Shown here: piece by piece, positions 1 to 12,584 of the stretch
Layout of the letters: each line of letters starts with the position of its first letter
How positions within the stretch are numbered: position 1 is the stretch's first letter
Source of the DNA: Tubiluchus corallicola
Taxonomy: Eukaryota; Animalia; Priapulida
Direction of reading: 5' to 3'
NCBI GenBank assembly: GCA_030141605.1
Contig: JAQGDQ010001041.1
Coordinates: forward strand, 4,241 to 68,240
Length of the DNA stretch: 64,000 nucleotides
Position numbers and translations under genes: made by a program
Notes under the pieces: generated by a model
The model's database searches: none
Told to the model about the DNA's origin: nothing
The model's input: only the letters and a program-made list of their open reading frames with translations

Positions 1-335
1 AAAACAACGTTAAAAGCCAAAGTTCAGATATCATTAAGCAATGCCGTCAGATACGCAAATTCTATTTGCTTAAATCACAGCTAAAATAACAGAAATAAAA
101 TATGCCTAATCCCGCATAATAGTACAAACCCAAAGTAAATCCTTAAACCAACTGTAGATAAAACAGGGTCATATAAAAGACATGTAAGGAGTTAACATTA
201 AAGATTTCTGTGAGTGTTTTGCTGTTATATGGAAGTTAGCACTGTCTATTTGATGTAGAGTTGTTCAGAGAATGTTCTCTTGTATTTTCTATGTACATTA
301 GGCTTTGTCCCAAACAAGTAACAAGTTTCACGACT

Positions 336-730
336 GAAAGAGCCAAACAGAATGCAATAAAAGAGCCTAACAGAATGCAATGAAAGAGCCTATCGGAATG
401 CAATGAACGACCACAACAGAATGCAAAGAAAGAGCCTAGCAGGATGAAATTAAAGAGCTTAATAGAGTGCAATGAAAGAGCCTAACAGAATGTAGTGAAA
501 GAACCTAATAGAATGCGACGAAAGAGCCCAACAAAATGCAACGAAAAAGCCTAAAGGAATGGAATGAAAGAGCCTAATGGAGTGCAAAGAAAGAGCCCAA
601 TGGAATGCAATGAGAAACCCTAACAGAATGCAATGAAAGAACCTGACAGAATGCAACGAAAGAGCCTAACAGAATGCAACGAAAAAGCATAAAGGAATGG
701 AATGAAAGAGCTTAACAAAATGGAATGCAA
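336..730. repeat. Degenerate 23-bp minisatellite (AAAGAGCCTAACAGAATGCAATG), about 17 copies
   Basis: Visible periodicity; explains ORFs 236..472, 459..656 and 620..826. Confidence 0.9.
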
Positions 731-1261
731 GACCAAAACCGAATGTATTGAGTTTGGCAGCTGATTTTGCAAAACAAATGCGCAGCATTGCGTTTTCAAG
801 AAACATAAAATCACTGCACTGCCCATGAGTAAATTTCATACTTGAAAAGCGCATAATACACCAACTCCCAAATTCACTAACCTCAGACTATAGGCTCAAA
901 TTTATCAAACACAACATGGAAATCAATCTCAGTCAATTATCATTTTTTGTTTGCAAAACATCTCTTTGCTCTAGAAGCGTAGTAATGTCGGTCTCTGGCT
1001 TAAGCTACTAAATGATGGTGGCTGATGTTTACATAGCACTAAATTGCATGAGTAATAATTGATAACCCTGACAGTGTGAGTTGATTTAATCCAAGTTTGC
1101 TACTACTGTAGATTACTAAGGCCACCAGATTATTGAACATATTTTCTTAACCTTTCCAAGTCATGACGATGTCGTAATAACAATTTTTCTGTGACTTTAT
1201 CAGCTGTGTGGTTTATCTTATTAAATGCACCTAAACTACTAGGTCTACTAGTATAATGCTT

Positions 1262-1778
1262 AAAAAAATGTTTCATATCATTTATAGTTTCAAAGCAAGT
1301 AAAAAAATGTTTCATATCATTTATAGTTTCAAAGCAAGTAAAAAAACTTTTCATATCATTTATAGTTTCAAAGCAAGTAAAAAAAACTTTTCATATCATT
1401 TATAGTTTCAAAGCAAGTAATAAAACTTTTCATATCATTTATAGTTTCAAAGCAAGTAAAAAACTTTTCATATCATTTATAGTTTCAAAACAAGTAAAAA
1501 AAACTTTTCATATCATTTATAGTTTCAAAGCAAGTAAAAAAAATTTCATATCATTTATAGTTTCAAAACAAGTAAAAAAACTTTTCATATCATTATAGTT
1601 TCAAAGCAAGCAAAAAAACTTTTCATATCATTTATAGTTTCAAAGCAAGTAAAAAACTTTTCATATCATTTATAGTTTCAAAGCAAGTAAAAAAAACTTT
1701 TCATATCATTATAGTTTCAAAGCAAGTAAAAAAAACTTTTCATATCATTTATAGTTTCAAAGCAAGTAAAAAAAACTT
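1262..1778. repeat. About 39-bp minisatellite (TTTCATATCATTTATAGTTTCAAAGCAAGTAAAAAAAC), about 13 copies
   Basis: Near-identical units varying mainly in A-tract length. Confidence 0.95.
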
Positions 1779-3730
1779 GAGTTCAAACCATTTCCTTTAT
1801 CACTAACCACAGAATGCTAGTGACAAATGATAAAAGGTGACTAATAATTGTTGTAGTAAGTGTTACTAAGCTTCAATAATTTAGTAATTTCAGTAATTTG
1901 TTACTAAAATTCTAATTTTCAATTTCTATGCAAGCACAGTGAAAAGGTCAGATGTCGCAACACTACAAAACTGTAAAAATATATCAACTTAGTAGTACTT
2001 ACACATCTTTATATCGTAGCAACAAATGTAGCTGAAATGTATGCTATTTATTACCCATGTAGTAAAAATGACGCCAATGGCAATCGAGAACCAAATAGTA
2101 ACAAAAACGAATGAAGTATGACAAGTTACTAGATATTTAACTCTAGATAATAAAGTGACAGTGTGTTGTGCAACTTCTACTCAATGAAGAATTAATGGTA
2201 AAATTTTATGTACTGTTAACATACATTAATTATATTTTAAGAGTAAGCAAGTGTCTTTATTTATCACCTTTTTACAAGAAAAACACAATGCATAAAACGA
2301 TAATATGATACAATGTAAGAAAATTATATGATGATTAATTTATCTGAGATATAAAATTGTCTGCCAAAGATTGCTTATATAAAGTTTGTAGGAATTAAAA
2401 CTTAAGTATCACGTAAAGTAATTCTTTTCATTTAATTTTTGTGTGAGCACCGAAATTTTAAAACGTCTCCATCTTGGCGCATGCGCTAGGTCAAAGACTT
2501 TTAGAAGTATATTATTCAAGACTTCAAGACTAAAATACAAGGATTGCGGCCATCATTGCACATGAAAGCATTAAATGAATGTATGAAAGTTGATTTAATG
2601 AAGCTCGTAAGTATGTACAGTTAAATGTAGTCTAACCGTATGATGGGATTGTTAAGCAATTAATGAGTACAAGTGTAAAGCATAAAATTAAAGAAGAAAA
2701 AAATTTGATTTGAAACACTTTATTAGCAAGACCATTATGGTCAGTTACAAGTAAGTAAACAAATGTTATGGAATGTATAAAAATTACTATTAGGAACTAT
2801 TTCATATGCAGTCACGTAAAATGACAACGTACGAAATAATAATTACCTGTGATTATTTTGTCTACTTACGATCGCAAATTATTGTGAATTTAGAAAGTTT
2901 TATCACCAATCATGCAGATGCAGATTGAAAGCAAAACTCAACACACACATAACTTGGGAGCTGAGCTTCTTCACACTGCCAGCCATACATTCGCACCTCA
3001 GCAAAATGGTCTTTATTGTTGAACACACCAAAATTTAAGCATAATGTGTACAAGTTCACAAATATTATTAATAAATATAATGTGATATACATAATAATAA
3101 TAATAATAGTATTAGTAATTATAATAATGATATTAAAAACTTTATAACACAAGTTACACAAGGCTTTATTGCATTAAGTACATTGAGATGTCTGCTAGTT
3201 TATCTGGAATGCGCAACAAGAATTTTTTGTGATAAGAAATAAATTATATGTACCAGCTGTTACCAAACATGCACTTAATAAGCATGGCATAAACTTGTCG
3301 TACAATAAAGTACACGTTAAACCGGTAACTGGACAAAAGTATCTCAACGAATTCAAGCCGGTAAAACAACTTAAAGTAAGTGATCATTCATACATTCAAT
3401 CATGATCATTCGAACACCATGTTTACATTCACACATAGTACAAAATGTACATACAATGCAATACTTGAATAAAATCATATGACAAAACAACTTCTATATA
3501 ATATGCACAAATCAAGGCATATCCTTTGGTCAGGCCAGAAAATCTGACCTTTTCATGTTACTATCATGGAATAAATTTTCTGGTTAAACTTTCGTAACTA
3601 GAAGGAGATAAAGCTATAAGCCTTTATGATTATACATGCAATGTTTTGTGCCTATATTAAATAAAGCAAGATATCATTTGACACCTTACTTAGTATAAAT
3701 TAAAACACACTCACTACAATCCATTTCAAC

Positions 3731-4220
3731 TTAAAGGAAAACCGGATGATAGTGTAATCAGAACGAAGAATGCTCAAAAATATTGAAAGCTACCTCGGAT
3801 ACTCAAATTTCATTAAGCTTTCAAAGCTACGCGCTCCTCAGTGAATCTACTGAGATTTTTAGTGGCGCCTTTTTGACACATGCGCGTGGCCGACAAATAG
3901 AAGGTGGTACCGTGATAACCATGACCATGAACTGCAGTGTTAGTTTCATGACGTCATATGATGTAAAGCCCATTTTTCGTGACATCATGCATTTAAGCAG
4001 TACTGTAACACTTATGCAAATGTGCTTGACGTGCAAGGGAAGATGCCTGCCATTGCACAAACTGTGGTTGGTTTCTGACATAAGCAATAGCTGTGTTCAG
4101 TACCCATTAATTAACTTTCTAAGCTAATTATTCAAATATAAGGAACAATAGTTAACTTTTATAGACAAGAAAATGTATGTTTTGGACAGTAATCTAAACA
4201 ATCGTCCAGTCTTCCTTTAA
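3731..4220 (+). mobile_element. Kolobok/T2-like MITE, family A copy 1
   Basis: TTAA|AGGAAAACCGGATGAT ... ATCGTCCAGTCTTCCT|TTAA. The body matches the reverse complement of 15955-16520. TTAA target plus RR termini is characteristic of Kolobok. Confidence 0.85.
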
Positions 4221-4701
4221 TAGAATAATTTAAAACAGCGACTACAAATTCTAAGCAATTTCACATATCAAACAGTCATGGCAAAAAACCAAAATAAGAA
4301 GTCGGTCAAAAGTTAATAACCTATCAGCATAAATCTACTAGTCCTATAGACATGATGCATAAAGGAATTATTTAAAATTTCTATAATATATATAATGGAT
4401 AAATACAAGATATCTGCATTTACTTATAGATATAAGTAAGATGAATAATAAGGAAAATATTATACAGTAGATAGTCAAATATATAAGTATTTAAAAAATT
4501 GTTCAATGATAACCAAGAAATACAACAAGCAATGCAAAACACAATGTGTAAGGCTACTGTAAAAAGTGAAAATAATGCTAGTGAATGGTACACGCTGCAT
4601 TTACTACATCAGTTAAACAGCTGTAGGTACAGAGATATGCTTGCAAAAAAACAATAAGCCTTTTCAAAGGTTAAATGTACCACAGCAACACATCTTAAGT
4701 A

Positions 4702-4950
4702 CAATCGTCATGTGACATGTGTGTAAACTTAGTTGTTTTACGTGGACTTAACTTAATTATGCATTAGTCTGTGCGTAAGAGTGATTTACTAGTAGGATTT
4801 TGCTTGGGAACAACAAAAAATGAACTAGGAAAGGTCCTAGCTAGCTGTTAAAACTGTTACTATTACAATAGCATGGGCTGCGAGGCGCTGTCAAGTGTAC
4901 ACAAATGCGTTGTCTGGTACACTCAACCTTTGACATTTTCACGATCATCA
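4702..4950 (+). repeat. Unclassified interspersed repeat, copy 1 (other copies at about 17051-17240 and 34100-34290)
   Basis: Shared block CATTAGTCTGTG..AGAGTGATTTACTA..GGGAACAA.AAAAA.TGAACTAGG.AAGGTCCTAGCTA.CTGTTAAAA at three loci in the same orientation. Confidence 0.8.
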
Positions 4951-6367
4951 TCAATCATCAAGGCTTACTTTATTCTAAATGAACTCTATCTCACTAAAAA
5001 TGCATGTCAGCAAATATTATTAAACAGAAAGTGCTTGAAAAAGTAACCTGGGATGTGAGATAAAACTTAACATTATGGCAAGAGTATATGCACAGGTGCA
5101 AATCACGAAAAACAGATTAGAAAATATACTACAATTTTGTTTACATATTGTCACACTGAAATTTTCAGTAGAAACATGATAGCTACATAAACTCAACAGA
5201 TATTAACAGCAAGAAAATACTTATACTTTTTAATAAACACGGCATTTGAACTACCCCTAGTATTAGACAACAAGGCATGTCAAATAATTCAAGAGCACGC
5301 AAAACAAAAATATTATGAAGTAAAAGGAATAAATAAAAATAATCATATCTTTTCTGTTTTTTCCAATCATGGTTTGTGGGCAGACATTTTTTACAAATAT
5401 TCCATGTTTTAAGCCATCATCAACATAATCTGCTCAAAGAAGTTTTCCTTTAGAAACAATACTTGACCGTCAAAAAACGAACGCTAGGTGGCCATGCGTG
5501 ATAGCATAACATCCAGACAATGCAAAAACCTGGCTGAGATGATGGTAATAAGCTAGCTGTTAGTAGTTTATAGATGCGCATTTACGGTTGCCATTAACTC
5601 TAAATTTGTGAAAGTTTAGATTGCATTGTTTACCTCACAATGAGTAAATGGCCAAGTTTTGTATTACATGAAGGAGAACAAAACGGCAAAATGAACGGCT
5701 CTAAAGAGTTTTCACAAACCTTTAATCCAATTATAAAAATTTTCTTTATTGTGAGATAGATGTAATTTTTTATATAAATGTAAATAGACAACATAGATTA
5801 AGCAAAGAGAATGAGAGAGTGAATAGATGAGTGTGAGATTGAATTTTAAGCGGCAAAATAATAATTATAAAAACTTTAGAATGCAAAGGGGGGTAAACCT
5901 GAAAAGCACAAAACTTTTCATTTTCTTTCTTTCAAAATGATTTCTCATAAAGCATTTGTTATCCAAAAAACAGACTTTAAATAAGTTCACACACTCACAT
6001 GTGAACACACATGATATTGCATGCCAATGTAGATTGGACAAAAGTGTGACAGAGGATTTTGGACAAAATACGTCATCATCATAATGCTGCTACCTAATTG
6101 AATACCTACTTAACAATTTTTCATTCAGTCTATATTAAAGTCACAGTTCAATGAATGCTGCATTTGAAATTCAAAAAGAATGCAAAAATTTTTCATAAAC
6201 ATGTAACCTTCAATGGAACTACCAGATTAGAGTTACCAAATAGCAGTGATACAACTAAGTTGATTATACAGAAAAACGGTGTTACCGGACAACCGGAATA
6301 CGTTATACATTATTACATATCTACCTGCATGTAAACAACCCAGTAGCTGCAGAAAAAGTAACACATA

Positions 6368-6373
6368 TTTATT
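6368..6373 (-). terminator. Candidate polyadenylation signal (AATAAA) of ncs-2
   Basis: First AATAAA I found on the minus strand downstream of the stop codon (about 960 nt away). Not confirmed by transcript data. Confidence 0.35.
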
Positions 6374-6545
6374 GATAAGAGTGCATTCAAAACAATACTA
6401 TTTTTTGCGGCTATTAAAAGTCGCGTAACCTAAATGAAATCTAACTTACATGATTGTCTACAGCCTTGAAAATTGATAGACGATGAAAAAAACGGTCATG
6501 ACAAAGTGAAAAACTATCATGGATAGATGCATTTCCTACATCAAA

Positions 6546-7136
6546 TGTGTGCTTGCATACCAAAACCGCTCATAAGTTGGCGTAGTTAAAACTGCTTTAT
6601 GATATTTCAAACTAGAATGATGTTTTGTCAATTTTTCGTATTTTGTAAAAACCAACGCTAAACATGTTGGACTTTTATATTCTAGCATCAAATTATCAGG
6701 AAAATGTCCAAAAAAATACTAAAAATCTAATTTTTTCAAACTCCGATTGTAACTCGTGAAAGCTGTCATTTTGCTTCGGATTTTTCCTGTTCACAAGTTC
6801 AGATCCTCGTCAGGAAGAGCCATCTACTGGATTTACACATAACCTCAATGTGTTTTTGCAAAGTCCATAGCAACCACACTTTCGTACGGTTGCTAAGTGT
6901 TTTGTAGAAATGTGATAAAAAACAATGGCTGACTTTAACAGCGATTTTCTCAAGATTACGTTTTCCAGCGTGCAGCCTGCACCTCAAATTCAGAGTGGAT
7001 TATCTCAGCTTAGAAATAACGTAGAGCAATGAACTTGGTATCAAAATGATACTCACGAAATGGAGATTCAGCATATGTGAATAACTAAGAAAGCTTAATT
7101 GCCGACTTATGAATGATTTTGCTATGCAAGCACACA
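6546..7136. mobile_element. Non-autonomous TIR element just downstream of the ncs-2 stop codon
   Basis: About 45-bp imperfect TIRs: TGTGTGCTTGCATACCAAAACCGCTCATAAGTTGGC vs GCCGACTTATGAATGATTTTGCTATGCAAGCACACA. Confidence 0.75.
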
Positions 7137-7334
7137 AATATAAATGCAAGATAGTCAAAAAGTGAAATAAAAGTAACTGGAAAAAAGCACAGAGCCTGAG
7201 TTAACACCATGTTACATATTCTGAAGCTCAAATCGTATTATGCAAATACAACAACAAAGCAACACATGCTGCACTATTAAAACAAACGTGCCAAAAAGCA
7301 ACATATAAAATTTCAAACATATCTATCTATCTAT

Positions 7335-7511
7335 CTAACTAGCTGTGAGAATTTTGTACAAGTCTTCATCGCCTAGGCACCCCTTGGTAAATTCTTCCTC
7401 GGTTAACTTGCCGTCGCTGTTTTCGTCCATCCGATCAAAAATCATTTTTGCTCGCGCTTCTGGGGTATCCTGCTGTTGAGTGACCTCTGCTCCGAGCATG
7501 TCGTAGATGGC
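7335..7511 (-). CDS. ncs-2: Neuronal calcium sensor 2-like protein, coding exon 3 (AIYDMLGAEV...DENSDGKLTEEE...LYKILTAS*)
   Basis: Hand translation. Acceptor ATCTTTTAG, 177 nt, canonical EF4 loop DENSDGKLTEEE, stop TAG at 7337-7335. Total protein 188 aa, typical NCS length. Confidence 0.95.
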   Translation of the reverse strand, partial: AIYDMLGAEVTQQQDTPEARAKMIFDRMDENSDGKLTEEEFTKGCLGDEDLYKILTAS

Positions 7512-8271
7512 CTAAAAGATCAAGGTAGCAGCTTGCAATTAGACAGAAGAGGATTCACTATCAAATCCACCCCACATGTCTTTAAAAAACTCAAAGTGGA
7601 AAGTATTCTAGATTTGCAATCCAATAAATCCAGCAGTTCATGTTAAATCACAGATGTTAAAAATATTCTTGTTAAATGTTAATGCTTTTTTAAAACCTAA
7701 AAATTTAGTTTTTTTGTCTGCAAATAGGGACTATCAGAAAACTTATATAGTTTTCTTCTACAAATCAACAAAACAACTTGAATCCTAAACACTTTGTTCA
7801 AAAGAATTTTTTATACACGAGATTTTAATTACGTAATTGCTCATTGCACATATAAAATAAACATGTATTTGAACAGGATATCAGCTGAGCAACAATGCTG
7901 TTATTTCAAAGGCCCTTTTAGGTTTTGGAACTTAACAAACGAGGAATAGATTATTGCACATGACAAAAAATTAAGATTATCTCAATTTGGTGCATAGCAC
8001 AGGGTTGCAGATGACGTCATCACTGTCCCTGGCATGCAACTTAGACACAAAATTCTTGTAGCAAAAGGCCAAGGCCTAGTATTAGTACATAACACATTTA
8101 GTCAAATTTTATTGCTTCGCTTGCAAGTTATGTACAAATATTTGATTTTGTGAAATGGATTGAGGGGCACTGATGATGTAATTTGGCCACTTCTTGTGTT
8201 CTAAGGTCACTAATCATGCTATTAAATGAAAGCCCACATATAAGTTCTTATTCGTCCATAATAGAACTCAA

Positions 8272-8410
8272 GTGTCTATTTGTTAACGTCTTGGAGTTAT
8301 AAGCTGCCTATTTGTTAACGTTTTGGAGTTATAATCCGTCTATTTGTTAATGTTTTGGATAATCTGTTTATTTGCTAACGTTTTGGACTTATAATCTGTC
8401 TATTTGTAAT
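8272..8410. repeat. About 32-bp tandem repeat, about 4 copies
   Basis: GTCTATTTGTTAACGTTTTGGAGTTATAA units. Confidence 0.8.
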
Positions 8411-8815
8411 ATTATTTATAATAATACCCTTGTAAGGTCCCTGGTTCAAATCCCGTCTAAGTCCCAACTTTTTCACATTTAATTACTTTCCAACAAGTCT
8501 TGTTTGGAAGTTTAATGATTACGAGTTTATGCCATCATAAATTAAAACACTCGAAATTAAGATTCACATACGTGATAATTATTTACTTCTTACTAAACAG
8601 GTCTGGATCAACACTGATGAAGTTTGTGCACCCATTGCATTAAACTTTTATGGTAATTACAGAAGTGTTCATTGGTTACTCATTAGTTAATGCAAATTAA
8701 CCATGCAACGTTATCTGTACATTCATAAATGATTCAACTACAAAAGGGGAATTACTTCTGATTAGAATCTTAAGCAGTTGAACATTTATATAACAAAAAT
8801 TATACCCTCACTCAT

Positions 8816-9449
8816 CAGTGGTGTGTAGCAAGTGTTTGTGGCACCCAGGGGCAAGAAAGTTCTGGCGCCAAGCCCTTTTAATGTTTTGATCATTTGTTTC
8901 GTAGGTGAAGCCGCAAATGATGCACGTTTTTTTTGCGTCCCTGAGCCCAACTTTCCCTTTTCGACAAGATTAAGGTGAATTTTTCCTAAGAATCACCCTG
9001 AATTTGATTTGCAGTACTGTACTAAAATAACTCTTTTCTATGCATTAGTTGAACGTAACACGACAGTCCTTAAACATTCAGCTCCAGCGTTAAAACATGC
9101 AAAGATTATGAAACATACAGAACACTACAGGTTTTCACAATAATGCAACCAGCACTTAGAGAAGCGCCACTGTTTCTCCTAAAATGATCGATCTGCTAAG
9201 CCACTCCACACCCTGCACATGCCCTTAAGTAACAACATTAGCCTTTTTTCTAGTGTGCTTGTAGTAATTAAGTCAGTCACGATGATCTCTGACTAGGCAA
9301 TTTTGTTGTAGTTTGAAAACTTTTGTTGTTTTGTTCATGTCGGATTAGTAATTAATAATTAACAGTCATTGAACTATAGAATTTTGTGTCCCTCACCCTT
9401 CAGCCCAGGGGTGATTGTTTCCTATTGCCCCCGCCTTGCTACGACTCTG
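8816..9449. mobile_element. Decayed hAT-like MITE
   Basis: CAGTGGTGTGTAGCAAG ... CTTGCTACGACTCTG termini with subterminal CCCAGGGG motifs. No intact 8-bp TSD. Confidence 0.5.
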
Positions 9450-9877
9450 TCAAAGTGGAAGACATTTTAGAAATAATGTGTGTGTTTCAGCTGAAATTTA
9501 AAAAACTGACGGGGGCATTCTAAGCAATTCCAAAAGCACCATATCTCTACCAGGCTAAATTCAATTATATACACAGGATAATCATTTCTGGTAACAAGTT
9601 TAGAAACGAATTACTAGTACTGCAGGGAGTTAGGCTTTATCAAGAGCTCACAGAGGATGAAAGGTTAATTTATTCAGCATAAGTACGAAGTTTGTTTAAG
9701 ATATCACAGATGAAAAGGATGTTAGCAAACTTTGTGTACGGGTTGTGCAAACAGAAAATAAGTGATATAAAAATGTTTAATATTCCGTGTCGATAAACTT
9801 TTCTGTATCAATTTCATTCCATGAGTTATTTACTCATACAGTACCATCATTTTCAGTTATTGTTCCTATGAAAAAGT

Positions 9878-10045
9878 TTTTAGAAAAATGTACAAGTTTT
9901 AATATAAGTTTTATCATCTATTTACCTGGACTATTTTAGAAAAATATATAAGTTTTAATATAAGTTCTATCATCTATGTACCTGGCTTATTTTAGAAAAA
10001 TATATAAGTTTTAATATAAGTTTTATCATCTATGTACCTGGATTA
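9878..10045. repeat. 56-bp tandem triplication overlapping the exon-2 splice donor
   Basis: Three units of TTTTAGAAAAATATATAAGTTTTAATATAAGTTTTATCATCTATGTACCTGG. Confidence 0.92.
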
Positions 10046-10310
10046 TTCGAACCATTTCGCTCAATTCTATCGTTCCGTTTCCATCCACATCGTACATTCT
10101 AAACGCCCACTTGAGTTTCTGCTCCGGCGTTCCGCTTGACGTCACGTTGATGGCAAGAAGGAACTCCCTGAAGTCGATGGAACCGGAATTGTCTTGGTCG
10201 AACGTTCTGAAGACGTGATCACAGAAGGTCTCCGCATTACCAGAGGGGAAGAACTGCTTGTAAACCTCTAAGAACTTTTTCCTAGTCAGCTGACCATTTG
10301 GACAGTCTTG
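10038..10310 (-). CDS. ncs-2: Neuronal calcium sensor 2-like protein, coding exon 2 (EF1 loop, EF2, EF3)
   Basis: Part of ORF 10026..10316. Acceptor TTCTTTGCAG, donor CAG|GTACAT, 273 nt. Contains the NCS signature DCPNG (disabled EF1), EF2 [12 protein letters not shown] and EF3 [12 protein letters not shown]. Confidence 0.97.
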
Positions 10311-10378
10311 CTGCAAAGAAAAATCAAATGGTCAATGTTACGTAACACCTACAAGAACAATAATTAGTTAAATAATAA

Positions 10379-10515
10379 GGCTAAAGTTTACAATTCTCCA
10401 CACACAATCGGATTAGGGTTAAGGTCAGGATTAGTATTAGGGTTAGAATTAGGGTTGGGGTTAGGGATAAAGTAAGGATATCTAAATTGCGTGGGGAATT
10501 GTAAACTCCTTCCCA
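10379..10515. mobile_element. Small palindromic element with TTAGGG-like core
   Basis: 19-bp inverted repeats AGTTTACAATTCTCCACAC / GCGTGGGGAATTGTAAACT around degenerate TTAGGG units. A second copy lies at 47264 in the opposite orientation. Confidence 0.8.
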
Positions 10516-10750
10516 CAATAACACCTAGTACGTCATCACTACTAAAACTAATTGAAAACCCCTTAGTGACTGAATATTCAATTATTTCACAATCGAAGAT
10601 TAAACTGTCTTAAAGGTAAATTCACCAAGATTCCTAAAGTATAAATTTAAGCATAAAAATATTTCACCTAAAAAAATATATCCATAATAAAAAATAAAAA
10701 AATTACAAAACTAATTTAAGTAAATCTAGAAAGTACGCATAAGAAGTTTG

Positions 10751-11055
10751 AGAGCCACTAATCTATGTCTTTATATCTGGTGTATGTGAATGCTCAAGCT
10801 TCTTGCATATTGCTCTTTGATTTTTGTTAAAAACAAGGTGAACCCTTCAACACTTACACTAAAGCTTTCATTTCCCTATTTACAAGATACATGTAACATG
10901 TAACAATCAGAGCCACTAATCTATGTCTTTATATCTGGTGTATGAATGCTCAAGCTCCTTGCATAGTGTTCTTTGATTTTTGCTAAAAACAAGGTGAACC
11001 TTCAAAACTTCCACTAAAGCTTTCATTTCTCTATTTACCAGATACATGTAACATA
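10751..11055. repeat. About 157-bp tandem duplication
   Basis: AGAGCCACTAATCTATGTCTTTATATCTGGTGTATG...GATACATGTAACAT occurs twice head to tail. Confidence 0.9.
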
Positions 11056-11483
11056 ATGAATACATGACGCATTTGTGTCACACAAAACGGTGCCCACGGG
11101 ACACACATTGCATTAACCACGCAACCGTGTGACGTTTCTTTGCGAACCTCTAATGACAAAATGCGTCAATTTAGTTAAACTAGAATTAATGATTCGCACT
11201 GCACTTTTATCCTATATTCCCTTGATGTCACAATGCTTTTAAAAGTTCAAAATGAGACAAGTCAACTCTGACAGCATTTATACTGATGGTAGATATGTTG
11301 GACTGTTGGTGTTCTGTTCCAGTTAACAAGTTTTTTGTCTCTAAACCAAGCTTGGTTTTCATTATGAACATCTTAATGCCAATTAGTGAAAGGCACTGAC
11401 TCACTTTCCAGTGTGGACCACGGACTCAATAAAAAATTTATTAATTTTATTAGCAAGATAAAGTAATTTATACTTTTGCTTAG

Positions 11484-11861
11484 TTAAGGAAGAGTGTGCC
11501 ATGAACGGTCTGATTATTTTTTCAAACTTTAAGCACTGTTACCTAAACTTGTTTCAAATGACTTGCCATCAAAATGACGGTGCCCAATGGTCATCGCGGG
11601 AGTTTACACAGCGTTAATGCTAATGCAAGCCCCATGTGCAATAAGAATGCATAGTTATATGAATTTTCAAAACGAATCTTTTTAGCTTCATCTACGAACT
11701 GTGTTTTTTCTAGTGCTTTAGTATTTGTTAGAACAAAGAAGACTCCCGCGATGACCATTGGGCGCCGTCATTTTGATGGCAAGTCATTTAAAACAAGTTT
11801 AGGTAACAATGCTTAAAGTTTGAAAAAATAATCAGAGCATTCAAGGCACACTCTTCTCTAA
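11484..11861. mobile_element. Long-TIR (116 bp) foldback MITE in ncs-2 intron
   Basis: Arms 11488-11603 and 11742-11857 are reverse complements with few mismatches, flanked by TTAA/CTAA. Diverged arm fragments at about 42360-42480 and 43900-44030. Confidence 0.9.
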
Positions 11862-12584
11862 CGCAGTCATTTGTGTACTGCTGAACAAAATAGCAAAGTT
11901 AAAAATTGCCGGTTTTCAAAATAGACATTATTACCATAAACATTAATTCATTATTATGTCATTTTGACCTTCAACAATATGCAAACTACAGTCTGATAAT
12001 AACAAAATTATCAATACCGATTCAAACAAGTGCGTTTAGATTTCACAAATGTGGGAACCACAAAACTAACGCTTGGTTTTGACTTCTAGTGAAAATAGTC
12101 CAGTGAAAAAAGCTCGTGTTAGAGAATTTATTGTTAAAAACACTGTTACTGGCACAGAAGAACTAGTGTAAAGTGAAATTAAGCAAGAAATGTGAATCTG
12201 TCAGCAGGGTGTCAGCTAAAGTAGCCCTGCTGTACTTGAAAGTTATTACAAATAGATGTAAACATACGTTAATATTTTAACTATTATAATATTTCTTTTT
12301 AACGTGTATTAAAAATTCTTTTCAATTTTTGCTGTCAGAAATAAAAAAACACCAAAGTTTTTCAAGAAGTGAATCATGACAAACCTTGAAAAACCAGCAT
12401 GAATCGTATTTCTTGTTCATTTATGGCCCTACGAAAGTTTTGCGAATAATGACAATACTAAATATTAAGATAGATATTATTTACTTAAAATTAAGTGCAA
12501 TTTCTGATATCTGATATATATATATATATATATTTATTTATATGTGTTTATATATATATGTTTATGTATATGTTTACGATAGAA

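Noticed and set aside
3783-4127. Similar ORFs at 3827..4087 and 16151..16372 as paralogous genes
   Set aside because: Both lie within family A MITE copies; the similarity is at DNA level with indels, and there are no transposase motifs.
10026-10316. 96-aa ORF as a stand-alone gene
   Set aside because: It is internal exon 2 of ncs-2; the start and the VHR* tail are intronic.
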